Positions 28,617 to 38,143 of a DNA stretch of 64,000 nucleotides are shown here, in pieces. The notes beneath the pieces are model-generated. The model saw only the letters and a list, made by a program, of their open reading frames with translations, was not told where the DNA came from and did no database searches. The position numbers were made by a program, and so were the translations under genes. The stretch covers positions 172,310 to 236,309 of IMG/VR virus record IMGVR_UViG_3300032322_002561. The stretch is one strand, 5' to 3'. Within the stretch, counting starts at the first letter, position 1; the number at the start of each line of letters is the position of its first letter.

Positions 28617-29206
28617 CAGCGTTTGGTAATAATTTTATCTGCTAGACCATAGGCCACCGCTTCCTCGGCACTCATAAAAAAATCACGTTCCATGTCTGCG
28701 GTGAGTTCGTCAAATGTTTTGCCTGCAGAATTGTGTTTGACATATATTTCAGTTAGATACTGTTTCATTTTTAGTATTTCTTGTGCTTGAATTTGTATGT
28801 CGGTGGCTTGTCCACGAGCACCACCACTGGGTTGATGTATCATGTGTCGAGCATTGGGCAGGATCATGCGTTTTCCTGGCGCACCGGCCTGGGCCAGCAA
28901 CGAACCCATGGAGCAGGCCTGCCCCATGACAATGGTTTGTACGTCAGGTTTAATAAACTGCATGGTGTCATATATGGCCATGCCAGCTGTGACCACACCA
29001 CCCGGGCTGTTGATGTAAAAATTGATGTCGCGATCAGGATCATCGCTTTCTAAAAACAACATTTGTGCCACAATCAAGCTGGCCGAATGTTCACTGACTT
29101 CGGTGTCTAACATAATGATTCGATCTTTCAACAATCGGCTGTAGATATCATAACTGCGTTCGCCTTTTGATGTTTGTTCAAGCACAATGGGCACTAGATT
29201 TGGCAC
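28616..29206 (-). CDS. clpP: ATP-dependent Clp protease proteolytic subunit
   Basis: GTG start with AGGAG; [43 protein letters not shown]. Confidence 0.96.
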   Translation of the reverse strand: MPNLVPIVLEQTSKGERSYDIYSRLLKDRIIMLDTEVSEHSASLIVAQMLFLESDDPDRDINFYINSPGGVVTAGMAIYDTMQFIKPDVQTIVMGQACSMGSLLAQAGAPGKRMILPNARHMIHQPSGGARGQATDIQIQAQEILKMKQYLTEIYVKHNSAGKTFDELTADMERDFFMSAEEAVAYGLADKIITKR

Positions 29207-29262
29207 AGCTTCTCCTTGTAGTATTGATAAGTAATTATAACATATTTTAACCAACAACACAA

Positions 29263-30849
29263 ATGCGCGACTTACTCAATCAATTAGACAACATTTTGCT
29301 GGAAAAATCTCGCGGCTTGCTGTACCGAGAAAAAGGTGATGGTTTTTTTCAGGGCAACAAGGATAACCCCACAGCCGAAATAGTGTTCGATCGTGTGGAT
29401 TATTTCCCTGGCCAACCTGGTGCCTATGCCAACTATGAAGAAATGGCTCAGGCCGGGCAGGAGTTGTTTAAACAATACCCTAATATTCAGTGGAGCAACA
29501 AGCCCACACAGGCCAGCAAGGCCTTTGCCATCATAACCTTTGATGGTCCCGGCAAAGGACAAAAAACCTATTATGGTCGCTTCTTCAGTGAGATCAAACA
29601 AGACATGGCCGGACTATGGAAAAATAACGAACTACCCGGCGGCTGGCAACTCAACAAGCAGGTCAGTCTTAAAGGCAGTTACTACAAATTGAAACCCGTG
29701 GATCTGTTTCCAGTCAACAGCACGTTTGCCACTCCTGCTGATGCTGTGGCGGCCATGGGCACCAGACCAGGAACCACACCCGATGAGTTGGCCAACATAG
29801 ACAAAATCCGCCCAGGCATGGACCAACTGTTGACCGGCAAGTTACCAACATTTGCCGATGTAGGCGAAATGTCCACGGCTGTGCGTGATGACCTAGGCGA
29901 AACCATTGGTCCCATAGCCTTGGTGCAAGGCATGATTCGTTCGGGTGGTGCCGAGGCTGCAAGAAAAGACATCTTGGGACCACAGGGTTCGTTTGAAGGC
30001 AGCGCCATAAATTTTCCAGCGGCCAAGAACAACGGCTTGGTAGACAGTTACCTGTTGCATCCGTCGGGTGTAGAAATTGGTATCAGTAGCAAAGGCGAAA
30101 AAGGTGCGTCGGCCAGTGTGAAAAACATCGCCGATGGTATTGCGGCAGCACGGGCCAAGGGCATGGACAAGTTGTTAAAAACTTATGCCCCTCAGGTGGA
30201 AGTTATCGAAGACATTGGCAAGCTCAGTGCGCAGATGTTTCCTATTAAATATGGCATTGAACAGAAACTAATTAACGACACCACCGGACAAGAAATTTTA
30301 AATTTAATCAAGACCAGTGCCACTACCACTGACAACCCTGCGGTGTTAGATTTAATGAAAGACATCAAGGCCAAGACTGACAATCCCAGATACAATGCTG
30401 GTTATCATGCCCTGGCTGCTTTGGCACGTCGTGTGTCAGCCAACATCAACCAGGATCCCAAGTTTGGTGAAGCCTGTTTGAAATTTTTAAATACCAGTCC
30501 AATCATACAGTTACACCTCAACGGCACAGACAAGTCGAGCACCTACACAGTGACTGGATTTACTTCAAAATATCCACCTGACTTCAAAGGCACAGTGGGA
30601 CTGGACGCCGGCAAGGTTTATGCTGCTACAGGAATCATTGGACGTGTGAGTTTCAGTTACAACGGTGGTGGTGACAAGGACACAGATGTCGCAGTAGATA
30701 CCACTCCAGTGGGCGACGTTGATGCTGAAACAGAAAAATTAGATAAAGTCACCAAGAGATCGCGATTGACTGGCCCTGGAGTGCGTGCGGCCAAACAACG
30801 AGAGCCTGACACAAGTGTGGCGGCTCTTGGACGTGAAAAGCGTCGTTGA
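29263..30849 (+). CDS. Hypothetical protein (possible virion-internal protein)
   Basis: 528-aa ORF; MRDLLN.L...LLE N-terminus; D.....I.ISSK segment weakly nuclease-like. Confidence 0.7.
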   Translation: MRDLLNQLDNILLEKSRGLLYREKGDGFFQGNKDNPTAEIVFDRVDYFPGQPGAYANYEEMAQAGQELFKQYPNIQWSNKPTQASKAFAIITFDGPGKGQKTYYGRFFSEIKQDMAGLWKNNELPGGWQLNKQVSLKGSYYKLKPVDLFPVNSTFATPADAVAAMGTRPGTTPDELANIDKIRPGMDQLLTGKLPTFADVGEMSTAVRDDLGETIGPIALVQGMIRSGGAEAARKDILGPQGSFEGSAINFPAAKNNGLVDSYLLHPSGVEIGISSKGEKGASASVKNIADGIAAARAKGMDKLLKTYAPQVEVIEDIGKLSAQMFPIKYGIEQKLINDTTGQEILNLIKTSATTTDNPAVLDLMKDIKAKTDNPRYNAGYHALAALARRVSANINQDPKFGEACLKFLNTSPIIQLHLNGTDKSSTYTVTGFTSKYPPDFKGTVGLDAGKVYAATGIIGRVSFSYNGGGDKDTDVAVDTTPVGDVDAETEKLDKVTKRSRLTGPGVRAAKQREPDTSVAALGREKRR

Positions 30850-31431
30850 TTATTTTTTACTTAGATCACTGACGTAATCACAGATGCCCAGTTCCAGGGC
30901 TTCATTGGCATTCAGCCAAACGTCATGTGGTGGTAGCAGTTTTTCACGTATGGTGGCATGGTCAAGCCCGGTGGTAGTGGCATAGTGTCTGATCATGCGT
31001 TCCTGAGCAAGTCCAAATTCTTTGGTGATCGCCCATAATTCATGATGTTTGCCTTCACTGCCCCAAGAATACTGATGACTCAATATGCTGGTATCGGGAG
31101 TGAGCACACGACGTCCAGGAGTCCCGGTCAAAAAGATCAGCAAACCACAGCTGGCTATCTGCCCCAAGCCCACGGTCTTGATTGGGATGGCACTGGATTT
31201 CATGACATCAATTAGTGCAAAAGCACTTTCCATGCTGCCGCCCTCGCTACAGATCATGAGCAAGAGCTCTTTTTTCTTCTTTTTGTTGACGTGATTTTCC
31301 ACCAAGATCCACTCGATCACAGGCTTGATGGTTTCGGGAGAAACATCATCCATAAACACATACATGCCAGCTTCTTGAAGCAATTTTGAAGGATCTTTTT
31401 CGGTAAGATCGGGTTCTGGTGCAGTTGCCAT
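30850..31431 (-). CDS. Second, divergent ClpP-like protease
   Basis: ICSEGG, GQIASCG (Ser), LSHQ (His), DVWL.A.EALELG.CD (Asp). Confidence 0.88.
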   Translation of the reverse strand: MATAPEPDLTEKDPSKLLQEAGMYVFMDDVSPETIKPVIEWILVENHVNKKKKKELLLMICSEGGSMESAFALIDVMKSSAIPIKTVGLGQIASCGLLIFLTGTPGRRVLTPDTSILSHQYSWGSEGKHHELWAITKEFGLAQERMIRHYATTTGLDHATIREKLLPPHDVWLNANEALELGICDYVSDLSKK

Positions 31432-31516
31432 TGTTGAAATTAAAAAAATAATGTACGTATATTATAGCACTGGGCTATACAAGGACTCGAGTACTTATGA
31501 CTAAATTGCTCGAACC

Positions 31517-32599
31517 TTAATTAACACATTGGCTGTTTCGGATAACATCAATTTCCACGCGATCGAACTGATTTACTGGCATGTTGGCCAAGCTGATATA
31601 GCCGTCAAATCGCTTGCTTCTGGCACCGTTTACCTGGACTCGCCCTGGGCCCACGTCTACAAAATACCAAGGGCGATACTGGCTGTGATCTAGTTCGGGC
31701 GCACTCATGCAGGTTTTTAACACCTCACGACCGCTGGTGTTTCGTATGGTTACCTGTATAGTGGGCTGACTTCGAATCATTTGAGCATGCATGAGATTCC
31801 AGGCTACGTCGTCATCAAACCAACTCTGACTGTTTGCGGCATATCCGGGCATGGCCACTTGCACGGTCTGTAGGTGCGGGCAATTATTGAGCCAGGCACT
31901 GCATCCGGTTCGCTGATTTATGGTACGAACAGCTTCGCCCAAGGCATCCAAATAACCTCGATTCCACGACAGGTCAAATGCTATGTAAAGATGTGGTGTA
32001 CGACTTTGATCCACCACAACCTTGGTGGGCAACAAGGTCACATTGAAGGCTCTGCGTGGATAGTCATTTAGAACAGTTTTTAGCAAACGATCACCGGCCT
32101 GTCGCTGTTGCTGAAAACTTTGGATTTGAGCATGAACTCGTTCGCCCTCGACCTGACCGGCACCGGCACTTTGATTCAGCAAACGATTGGCCAAGGCCGA
32201 ATGTGCTACCCAGACCTTCATTTTGATGGTCACACGATTTCCTACATCCTGCCGATCTACAATTTCAAAACGATCCACATAGCCCGAAGCATAGGTAATA
32301 ATGTCATCACGCACTATGCGGCTGTTGCGAACTTCGGTTTCGCTCACAATCATGGTACCCACGGCTTGTTCCACAGCCAACCTAAAGGCCTCTGCTCGAG
32401 CTTCATCAAACGAATTGGCCTGACTTTGAACTTCGATATAGAAAACTCGTTTATTGTCACGAGTCATCAACCACTGCCCCACCGTGAGAGCAATACTCAC
32501 AGGGCTAGGCATCAAGAGTTGTGCAGGATTTACAGCTTGAGCTGACACCGAAGCAGAAAACATGGCAACACACACTGCAACTGCAAGTTTGGCAAGCAT
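31517..32599 (-). CDS. Exported protein with FlgT-N/LPP20-like domain
   Basis: Signal peptide; A...A...AVEQAVG..I.SE......D.I...ASGYV..F.I. Confidence 0.65.
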   Translation of the reverse strand: MLAKLAVAVCVAMFSASVSAQAVNPAQLLMPSPVSIALTVGQWLMTRDNKRVFYIEVQSQANSFDEARAEAFRLAVEQAVGTMIVSETEVRNSRIVRDDIITYASGYVDRFEIVDRQDVGNRVTIKMKVWVAHSALANRLLNQSAGAGQVEGERVHAQIQSFQQQRQAGDRLLKTVLNDYPRRAFNVTLLPTKVVVDQSRTPHLYIAFDLSWNRGYLDALGEAVRTINQRTGCSAWLNNCPHLQTVQVAMPGYAANSQSWFDDDVAWNLMHAQMIRSQPTIQVTIRNTSGREVLKTCMSAPELDHSQYRPWYFVDVGPGRVQVNGARSKRFDGYISLANMPVNQFDRVEIDVIRNSQCVN

Positions 32600-32600
32600 T

Positions 32601-33299
32601 TTACTGTGCCATTAAATTACGAATCTGTTTGCGTGTTTCGGTGTGCTTGGCGTCCCAGCGATAAATCACTTGTACATTTTTTCCATCGTTGATCACACGA
32701 CCTTCTACCAAATACAGACCACCCAAAATTCCACGATTTTGTGTGACAATAGTGGTACTGACACGACTGGCAATGGTCAAAGCATCGTTTCGTGTGGCAG
32801 TGTTTTCTTCACGATTGATTTCGCCAGAATTTGAACCTGGTTCGCCTACGAGATCAGTATCTGCGGTCATGGCCACAATGTTGTCGCGACCTCGATTGGT
32901 GGCAAATTTATTGTTCTTGTTGTCGCGAGCCTTTTCTAAATTCATGCTGATCATGCGCACAGATGTGGTGCTACGAATAGTTTCTTTGTTGATAAAATCA
33001 TTTAGACTTTTTTTGGCCTCCAGTTCGGCCACTCTAAAAGCTTCACGAGCGGCACTTTCACTGTTGCCCCAGACCGGAGCATAGCCAGTGGTTTCAATGG
33101 CTTCAAGAGAGCCACCAAGTGAATAAATCAATTTGACACCTTGTCGCTTGAAATTACTTTCCAACCGCTGATCCGAGATACCTTGTTGGGCACCGGCTGA
33201 AATAGGTGCGCCTTGGTCTACCTTGGCTGTTTTTGTTGAACTGCAAGCTGTGAGTCCCATGACCGAAATTATGGCCATACTCAAAAGAGTGTGTTTCAT
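32601..33299 (-). CDS. Lipoprotein (LPP20-like)
   Basis: Lipobox LTAC-SS; G.AP......A...AEL.AK..L..FI, G.L.G. Confidence 0.75.
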   Translation of the reverse strand: MKHTLLSMAIISVMGLTACSSTKTAKVDQGAPISAGAQQGISDQRLESNFKRQGVKLIYSLGGSLEAIETTGYAPVWGNSESAAREAFRVAELEAKKSLNDFINKETIRSTTSVRMISMNLEKARDNKNNKFATNRGRDNIVAMTADTDLVGEPGSNSGEINREENTATRNDALTIASRVSTTIVTQNRGILGGLYLVEGRVINDGKNVQVIYRWDAKHTETRKQIRNLMAQ

Positions 33300-33329
33300 G
33301 TTGTGCCTTTTTTAGTTACAATACTGTCC

Positions 33330-33358
33330 ATTATAGACGAAACAGGATAAAAAGTCAA
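33330..33358 (-). promoter_or_regulatory. sigma70-type promoter
   Basis: TTGACT-N17-TATAAT. Confidence 0.75.
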
Positions 33359-33386
33359 AAAGAAAGGAACCAAATTGGTTCCCTTC
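33357..33386 (-). terminator. Intrinsic terminator
   Basis: GGAACCAATTTGGTTCC stem plus TTTCTTTTT. Confidence 0.65.
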
Positions 33387-33407
33387 GTGTTGCATCAAAA
33401 CAACAGA

Positions 33408-33674
33408 TTAGGCAGCTACTTTGGTGGCCTTTTCGATGTTTTTGGTGATTTCTTTTTGTGCTTCTTTGGCCACAGCTTCTACAGTTTCCGCAAACTCTTT
33501 GACAGCCTTGTTGGTTGTACGGATCAAGCTGAACTGTGCATCTACCACGGTATGAGCACTTTTGCGAACATGCTCGGGCATGTAGGTGATCAAGGTTGTG
33601 GCACCTTTGTGCATGTTGTCAATGGCAACAGTTACATCAAACAATTTTGCAAAATCAATTTTTTGAAATTCCAT
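33408..33674 (-). CDS. Amphipathic helical protein (phasin-like?), preceded by ROSE-like leader
   Basis: All-helical A/K/E-rich 88 aa; strong SD. Confidence 0.7.
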   Translation of the reverse strand: MEFQKIDFAKLFDVTVAIDNMHKGATTLITYMPEHVRKSAHTVVDAQFSLIRTTNKAVKEFAETVEAVAKEAQKEITKNIEKATKVAA

Positions 33675-33734
33675 GTTAATTCTCCTTAGAAATTAAGCGA
33701 GTTTTAGCGAAGTCCCAAACCATTTGGCAACTTC
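33675..33734 (-). promoter_or_regulatory. ROSE-like RNA thermometer leader (copy 1)
   Basis: GAAGU-UG-CCAAA/UUUGG-G-ACUUC stem, then CUCGCUUA...UAAGGAG hairpin with bulged G over the SD. Confidence 0.65.
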
Positions 33735-33807
33735 TTTCTCTCTGACTTATTTATGATTATATTGTGCAACGCAACAATTTACTAGTGTTTTAGAACAAAT
33801 TCTCAAA

Positions 33808-33832
33808 TAAAAACCCCCAAAATTTGGGGGTA
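33808..33832 (-). terminator. Intrinsic terminator
   Basis: ACCCCCAAATTTTGGGGGT stem plus T-run. Confidence 0.65.
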
Positions 33833-33858
33833 CTGTTTGACCACGCAAACAGATTTTT

Positions 33859-34008
33859 TTACTTCTTCTCAGCTGGTTTTGCAGCAGGTGCAGCTGGAGC
33901 AGCTGGTTTAGCGGCTTCTTTCTTTGGTTCTTCTTTCTTTGCTGGAGCTGTTTGAGCGGCTACAGATAACGCGAATGCGGATGCTACGATTGCTAGTAAT
34001 GCTTTCAT
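33859..34008 (-). CDS. Small exported Ala/Lys/Pro-rich protein (49 aa, not in ORF track)
   Basis: MKALLAIVASAFALSVAA signal plus QTAPAKKEEPKKEAAKPAAPAAPAAKPAEKK; AAGGA SD. Confidence 0.8.
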   Translation of the reverse strand: MKALLAIVASAFALSVAAQTAPAKKEEPKKEAAKPAAPAAPAAKPAEKK

Positions 34009-34096
34009 TTCTATTTCCTTTCGAAAGTTTAAATTTGCACTTTTAACGGTGCTGTATATTTAACGCCAGCCAAGCGGCATGCGTTGATTTTTTAGG

Positions 34097-34807
34097 CTAA
34101 TTTTGTTGACGCAGTTTTGCCAAACCCAGAATCTGCAGAATTCGTATGTACATCCACCCAATATCAAATTCCCACCAACGTTGGCTGAATTTGGCACTGG
34201 CTCCGTCAGCATGGTGACCGTTGTGTAGTTCTTCGCCGCCGATCCAAATGGCTATGGGCCATAGATTACGGCTGGTATCTTTGGTGTCGACGTTACGGTA
34301 GCCCCACCAGTGGCTGAGTCCGTTTATGACACCGGCCGCCCAGAACGGAATCCAGATCATCTGCACACCCCAGACCAACAAGCCCCAGGGACCAAACACA
34401 GCCAGGTCAATAATGAACATGATCATAATGCCTAGTCGGCTGTGCCGGGCATACAAATTGCGCTCGATCCAGTCGTCGGGGGTGCCTGTGCTTAGATCTT
34501 TGACCATGCCACGATCCCGGCTGGCCTTGTGATATAGAAATGCACCACCAAACAGCACACGCCAAATACCGTAGATTTGAGGACTGTGCGGGTCTCCTGG
34601 TTGGTCACTCTTTTGGTGATGTCGGCGGTGTATGGCCACCCATTCACGAGTGATCATGCCAGTGGTGAGCCACAACCAAAAACGCATGAAGTGAACTACC
34701 ATAGGATGAAACTGCACAGCTCTGTGAGCTTGGCTTCTGTGCAGATACAGCGTCACACAGGCTATGGTAATTTGGACCATTACCAAGGTCGCGATGATTG
34801 CGGACAT
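34097..34807 (-). CDS. desA: Delta-9 type fatty-acid desaturase
   Basis: His boxes HRSQAH, HRRHH, HNGHH; DPHSP; GGEELHN; WWEFDIGW. Confidence 0.93.
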   Translation of the reverse strand: MSAIIATLVMVQITIACVTLYLHRSQAHRAVQFHPMVVHFMRFWLWLTTGMITREWVAIHRRHHQKSDQPGDPHSPQIYGIWRVLFGGAFLYHKASRDRGMVKDLSTGTPDDWIERNLYARHSRLGIMIMFIIDLAVFGPWGLLVWGVQMIWIPFWAAGVINGLSHWWGYRNVDTKDTSRNLWPIAIWIGGEELHNGHHADGASAKFSQRWWEFDIGWMYIRILQILGLAKLRQQN

Positions 34808-34824
34808 GTTTATATTTAGCTGTT

Positions 34825-35382
34825 TTAAACGCAGCTTTCCTGGAAAGGAAAAAACGTACGGTTCAAAAATAGGGTAAAAATGCGTTTGCTCACATCCGCG
34901 GTTTCTTGTTGCAGACTGTACCAACTGGATGGTGCCAATCGTGCCACCACATCGATGTCGCCATCACGATGGATCATTTGCAAATCGTGTTTTTCAGCCA
35001 AGTGCGCCATGGTGGTGTTCCATTTCACACAATGCAGATACAACTGTTTGTAGCCACGATTTCTAGCCCAGGTGATACCTTCTTTTAGTAGATCACTGCC
35101 AAGGCCAAAGTTGCGATATTCCTCATACACACTGAGACCAAACTCTATGCTAAGGCTGTTGATCTGGGCAATGTGCAACACTCCTAACCATCCGGTACAG
35201 TTGTAACTGACTAGAAATGTGTGCTGAGTGGGATCATTTTGGATGCGTGCTACTAGATCATCAATATAATCATCTGAAACAACAATACCAAAATACATTC
35301 TACGATCTTCAGCACTGAGGCCCTTGAGCCAGTGCCCAAATTTTGGGTATTCTTCAGTGTTGAGAAATCGTGTGCTGATCAT
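34825..35382 (-). CDS. GNAT-family acetyltransferase
   Basis: EFGLSV...YR..GLGS.L......A..RG...L...C...N..M..LA.K. Confidence 0.85.
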   Translation of the reverse strand: MISTRFLNTEEYPKFGHWLKGLSAEDRRMYFGIVVSDDYIDDLVARIQNDPTQHTFLVSYNCTGWLGVLHIAQINSLSIEFGLSVYEEYRNFGLGSDLLKEGITWARNRGYKQLYLHCVKWNTTMAHLAEKHDLQMIHRDGDIDVVARLAPSSWYSLQQETADVSKRIFTLFLNRTFFPFQESCV

Positions 35383-35513
35383 TAGTTTTTATACAGTGAC
35401 TGGGCCTCGGACCATTTTTGATTGCGGGCTAGTTCTGCTGCATATTTGGCTTCGCCAGTGGCGCATAGGATTTCCCATATGGTGCTTGCTATTGCTTTGA
35501 TTGAGTTTAACAT
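35382..35513 (-). CDS. Small hypothetical protein (43 aa)
   Basis: MLNSIKAIA start with AAGGA SD; TAATG coupling. Confidence 0.6.
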   Translation of the reverse strand: MLNSIKAIASTIWEILCATGEAKYAAELARNQKWSEAQSLYKN

Positions 35514-35643
35514 AATTTTTCCTTTTGAGTAAATTAAACAGTAGAGACTCATGGTTTCTACTGAGATATTTATGTTGTGGTGCAACAGATAATAACAAAA
35601 CTTAATGGTAAACGCAACTAAATATTTCACAAGGAGAATCAAC

Positions 35644-35874
35644 ATGTTGAAATTTATTGCTAACTTTTTTGGATCTAAAAAAGCTCCAGAATCCACTGTG
35701 CCTTACAAAGTGGAACCACCTGTAGATGTTCCCGTTGTGAATTCCCCCAAACCAGTGGTCAATGGTCGCAAACAAGCACCTAAAAAATCCACCACAACCA
35801 CAGCACCAGGCAATAGCCCGGCAAAGAAATCTTCTGCCAGCAAAAAAGCCACCACTACAAAAAATAAAAAATAA
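35644..35874 (+). CDS. Small basic protein
   Basis: AAGGAG SD, TAAATA at 35619-35624; K/T/P-rich tail. Confidence 0.7.
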   Translation: MLKFIANFFGSKKAPESTVPYKVEPPVDVPVVNSPKPVVNGRKQAPKKSTTTTAPGNSPAKKSSASKKATTTKNKK

Positions 35875-35929
35875 ACTAGTTGTAATTTAATTCATGGTCC
35901 CTGTGTAAATAATTTACACGGGGATTGTC

Positions 35930-36373
35930 ATGAAAACAACAATAATAGGCGCCCTGGCGATGGTGTTTGTCAACGGGAGCTATGCTGCAGAACTGGTACA
36001 TCAGTTCAATTCACCTTCCTTTTCGGGTCAGGGATATTCAAGTCATGTCTTGACCATTGAGCAACTGGAGGCCAGCCGTAGAAAAACCATAGCCGACGCA
36101 CAACGAGCCGCACAAGAAAAAGCCGAACGCGATGCCAAAAATACCAATCTGGCCAAGTTCTTGGTCAATGTTGAGTCACGAATTTACGCTCAACTCAGCA
36201 AGCAGTTGGCTGATGCTATGTTTGCTGACAACAATGCCACTTCGGGTACCATGGATTTCCAAGGAACCAACATTTCGTGGGTCAAAACCGGCACAGATGT
36301 CACACTAACCATTATAGAGTCCAACGGTAATAGAACAGACATCACAGTGCCTCTTGCGAGTTTTGCGTTCTAA
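35930..36373 (+). CDS. csgF: CsgF-like curli assembly protein
   Basis: Signal peptide, then ELVHQFNSPSFSG (cf. CsgF FQF.NP.FGG); F..N.ESRI..QL; G.M; T.I.VP. Confidence 0.75.
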   Translation: MKTTIIGALAMVFVNGSYAAELVHQFNSPSFSGQGYSSHVLTIEQLEASRRKTIADAQRAAQEKAERDAKNTNLAKFLVNVESRIYAQLSKQLADAMFADNNATSGTMDFQGTNISWVKTGTDVTLTIIESNGNRTDITVPLASFAF

Positions 36374-37410
36374 TGCGTAAACTGCTCTTGATCCTTTTTG
36401 TTGCGGTGTTGCCGGGTTGTGCCTACATACACATGGAAGTGGCACAGGAAGAACCTGTGAAGGTTACACCCAAAAAAAATCTCATGGATCAATTGCCGGT
36501 GCTGGATGGTCCGCCCATGACCGTGGCCGTGTACGGATTCAGAGATCTTACCGGACAGAACAAACCCAATGATCGTTTGGCCCTGTTTTCAAAGGCAGTA
36601 ACACAAGGTGCTGAAGTATTTCTCATCAAGAGCCTACAAGATTCAAAGAACTGGTTCCGTGTGGTGGAACGTGTGGGTCTGGACAACTTGATCAAAGAAC
36701 GTCAGTTAATAAGAAATCAGCGTGAAGTCTACGAAGGCAAAGAAGCCAAGCCCTTAAAGCCCTTGACCGTGGCCGGTATCTTGCTGGAAGGCGGTATCAT
36801 AGGCTATGACAGCAATATCAGGTCAGGCGGTAATGGTGCCAGGTTCCTGGGCATAGGTGGCAGCCAGCAGTATCGTGTGGACGAAGTCACAGTGAGTCTT
36901 AGATTGATCAGTATCAGTAGTGGCGAAGTTCTGATGACCAATGCTGTGACCAAGACCATATATTCAACAGCACACAATGTGGGCGTGTTGAGATTTGTGG
37001 ATGCTGGAACCAAGGCCCTGGAGTTGGAAAATGGACAGGCGTTGAACGAGCCCACTACCTATGCTGTGCGTGTGGCCATTGAACAAGCCGTGTATGAACT
37101 GATTGTGGAAGGTCAGAAGAAAGGCTTATGGAGTTACCGGCGTCCTGAGGAGAAACGCAATGATGTCAATCCTGCTACAACAGGCACAGAAACAAAGCCA
37201 TTGCCACCAAAAGCCACTGTGGTCACAATAATGAAACTGCGTGAAGCATCATATATCTATCGTGATCCAGACGAACGTAGCCAGCGTACCTGGATGTTGA
37301 AGGAAAACACAGAATTGACCGTGACACCAGGCCAGGATGGCTGGGTTGCGGTACAAGATTCAGCCGGTCGCAAGGGCTGGGTCAAAAGTGACAGGTTAAT
37401 TCAGCCATGA
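36373..37410 (+). CDS. csgG: CsgG curli secretion channel lipoprotein with C-terminal SH3-like domain
   Basis: Lipobox LPGC; VAVY.F.D.TGQ.KP, S.AVTQG, WF.VVER.GL.NL.KERQ.IR, EGGI.GYDSN, QYR.D.VTV.LR; tail W..V....G..GWV. Confidence 0.92.
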   Translation: MRKLLLILFVAVLPGCAYIHMEVAQEEPVKVTPKKNLMDQLPVLDGPPMTVAVYGFRDLTGQNKPNDRLALFSKAVTQGAEVFLIKSLQDSKNWFRVVERVGLDNLIKERQLIRNQREVYEGKEAKPLKPLTVAGILLEGGIIGYDSNIRSGGNGARFLGIGGSQQYRVDEVTVSLRLISISSGEVLMTNAVTKTIYSTAHNVGVLRFVDAGTKALELENGQALNEPTTYAVRVAIEQAVYELIVEGQKKGLWSYRRPEEKRNDVNPATTGTETKPLPPKATVVTIMKLREASYIYRDPDERSQRTWMLKENTELTVTPGQDGWVAVQDSAGRKGWVKSDRLIQP

Positions 37411-37516
37411 ACGCCTGTAAATATACAAGTGCGATAATCGCACTTGATAATAATAAGGTCGCAAAGACCAAGGAGCTGATTGGACAATAACAAAAACAAA
37501 TCCAATCTGAAAACAA

Positions 37517-38143
37517 ATGGAAAAGAGATGGACAGGCACTGGCGGACTGCCGAGAAAATTATCCGCAATTCTGGTGGTCGCTGCAATGTGGTCACTGGGT
37601 GCTCAGGCCAATGAAGTTTACATTGAACAGGTAGGCAGTGGTTCAACCATAAACATCACGCAACAGGGCACAGACAACCGCATTGGTGACAGCACCACCG
37701 CGGCCTATATAGGATCAGGATCCAACACAGTGACCATAGATCAGATTGGTTCAACCAACGCTCTGGACATGGTGGTCAATGGCGCTGGTACAGATGTCAC
37801 GGTCAGCACTACCGGTGACAACAACACGCAAACCATTAACTGTGGGACCACACAGTCGGCGGGCTGTAGCGGCAGCGTGATCAGTGCTACCATTGCTGGT
37901 GACAGCAACATCACCACGCAAAATCTTGGTGCTGGAGCCAATCATACCAGTAACATTTCCATCACTGGAGACACCAACACTGTTACCCATACCAGCACTG
38001 CCACAGGTACTACTTTGGCAGATATTACTGTGTCGGGCAATACCAACACAGTGGCAGTCACACAATCGGGAATGTTGAACAAGAGTGTCACAGTTACCAG
38101 CACTGGCAACAGTAATACTATTAATATTACTCAGTCAGACTAG
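37517..38143 (+). CDS. Curlin-like secreted repeat protein
   Basis: Signal peptide plus N/T/G/S-rich repeats of type N.V.I.Q.G..N. Confidence 0.75.
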   Translation: MEKRWTGTGGLPRKLSAILVVAAMWSLGAQANEVYIEQVGSGSTINITQQGTDNRIGDSTTAAYIGSGSNTVTIDQIGSTNALDMVVNGAGTDVTVSTTGDNNTQTINCGTTQSAGCSGSVISATIAGDSNITTQNLGAGANHTSNISITGDTNTVTHTSTATGTTLADITVSGNTNTVAVTQSGMLNKSVTVTSTGNSNTINITQSD

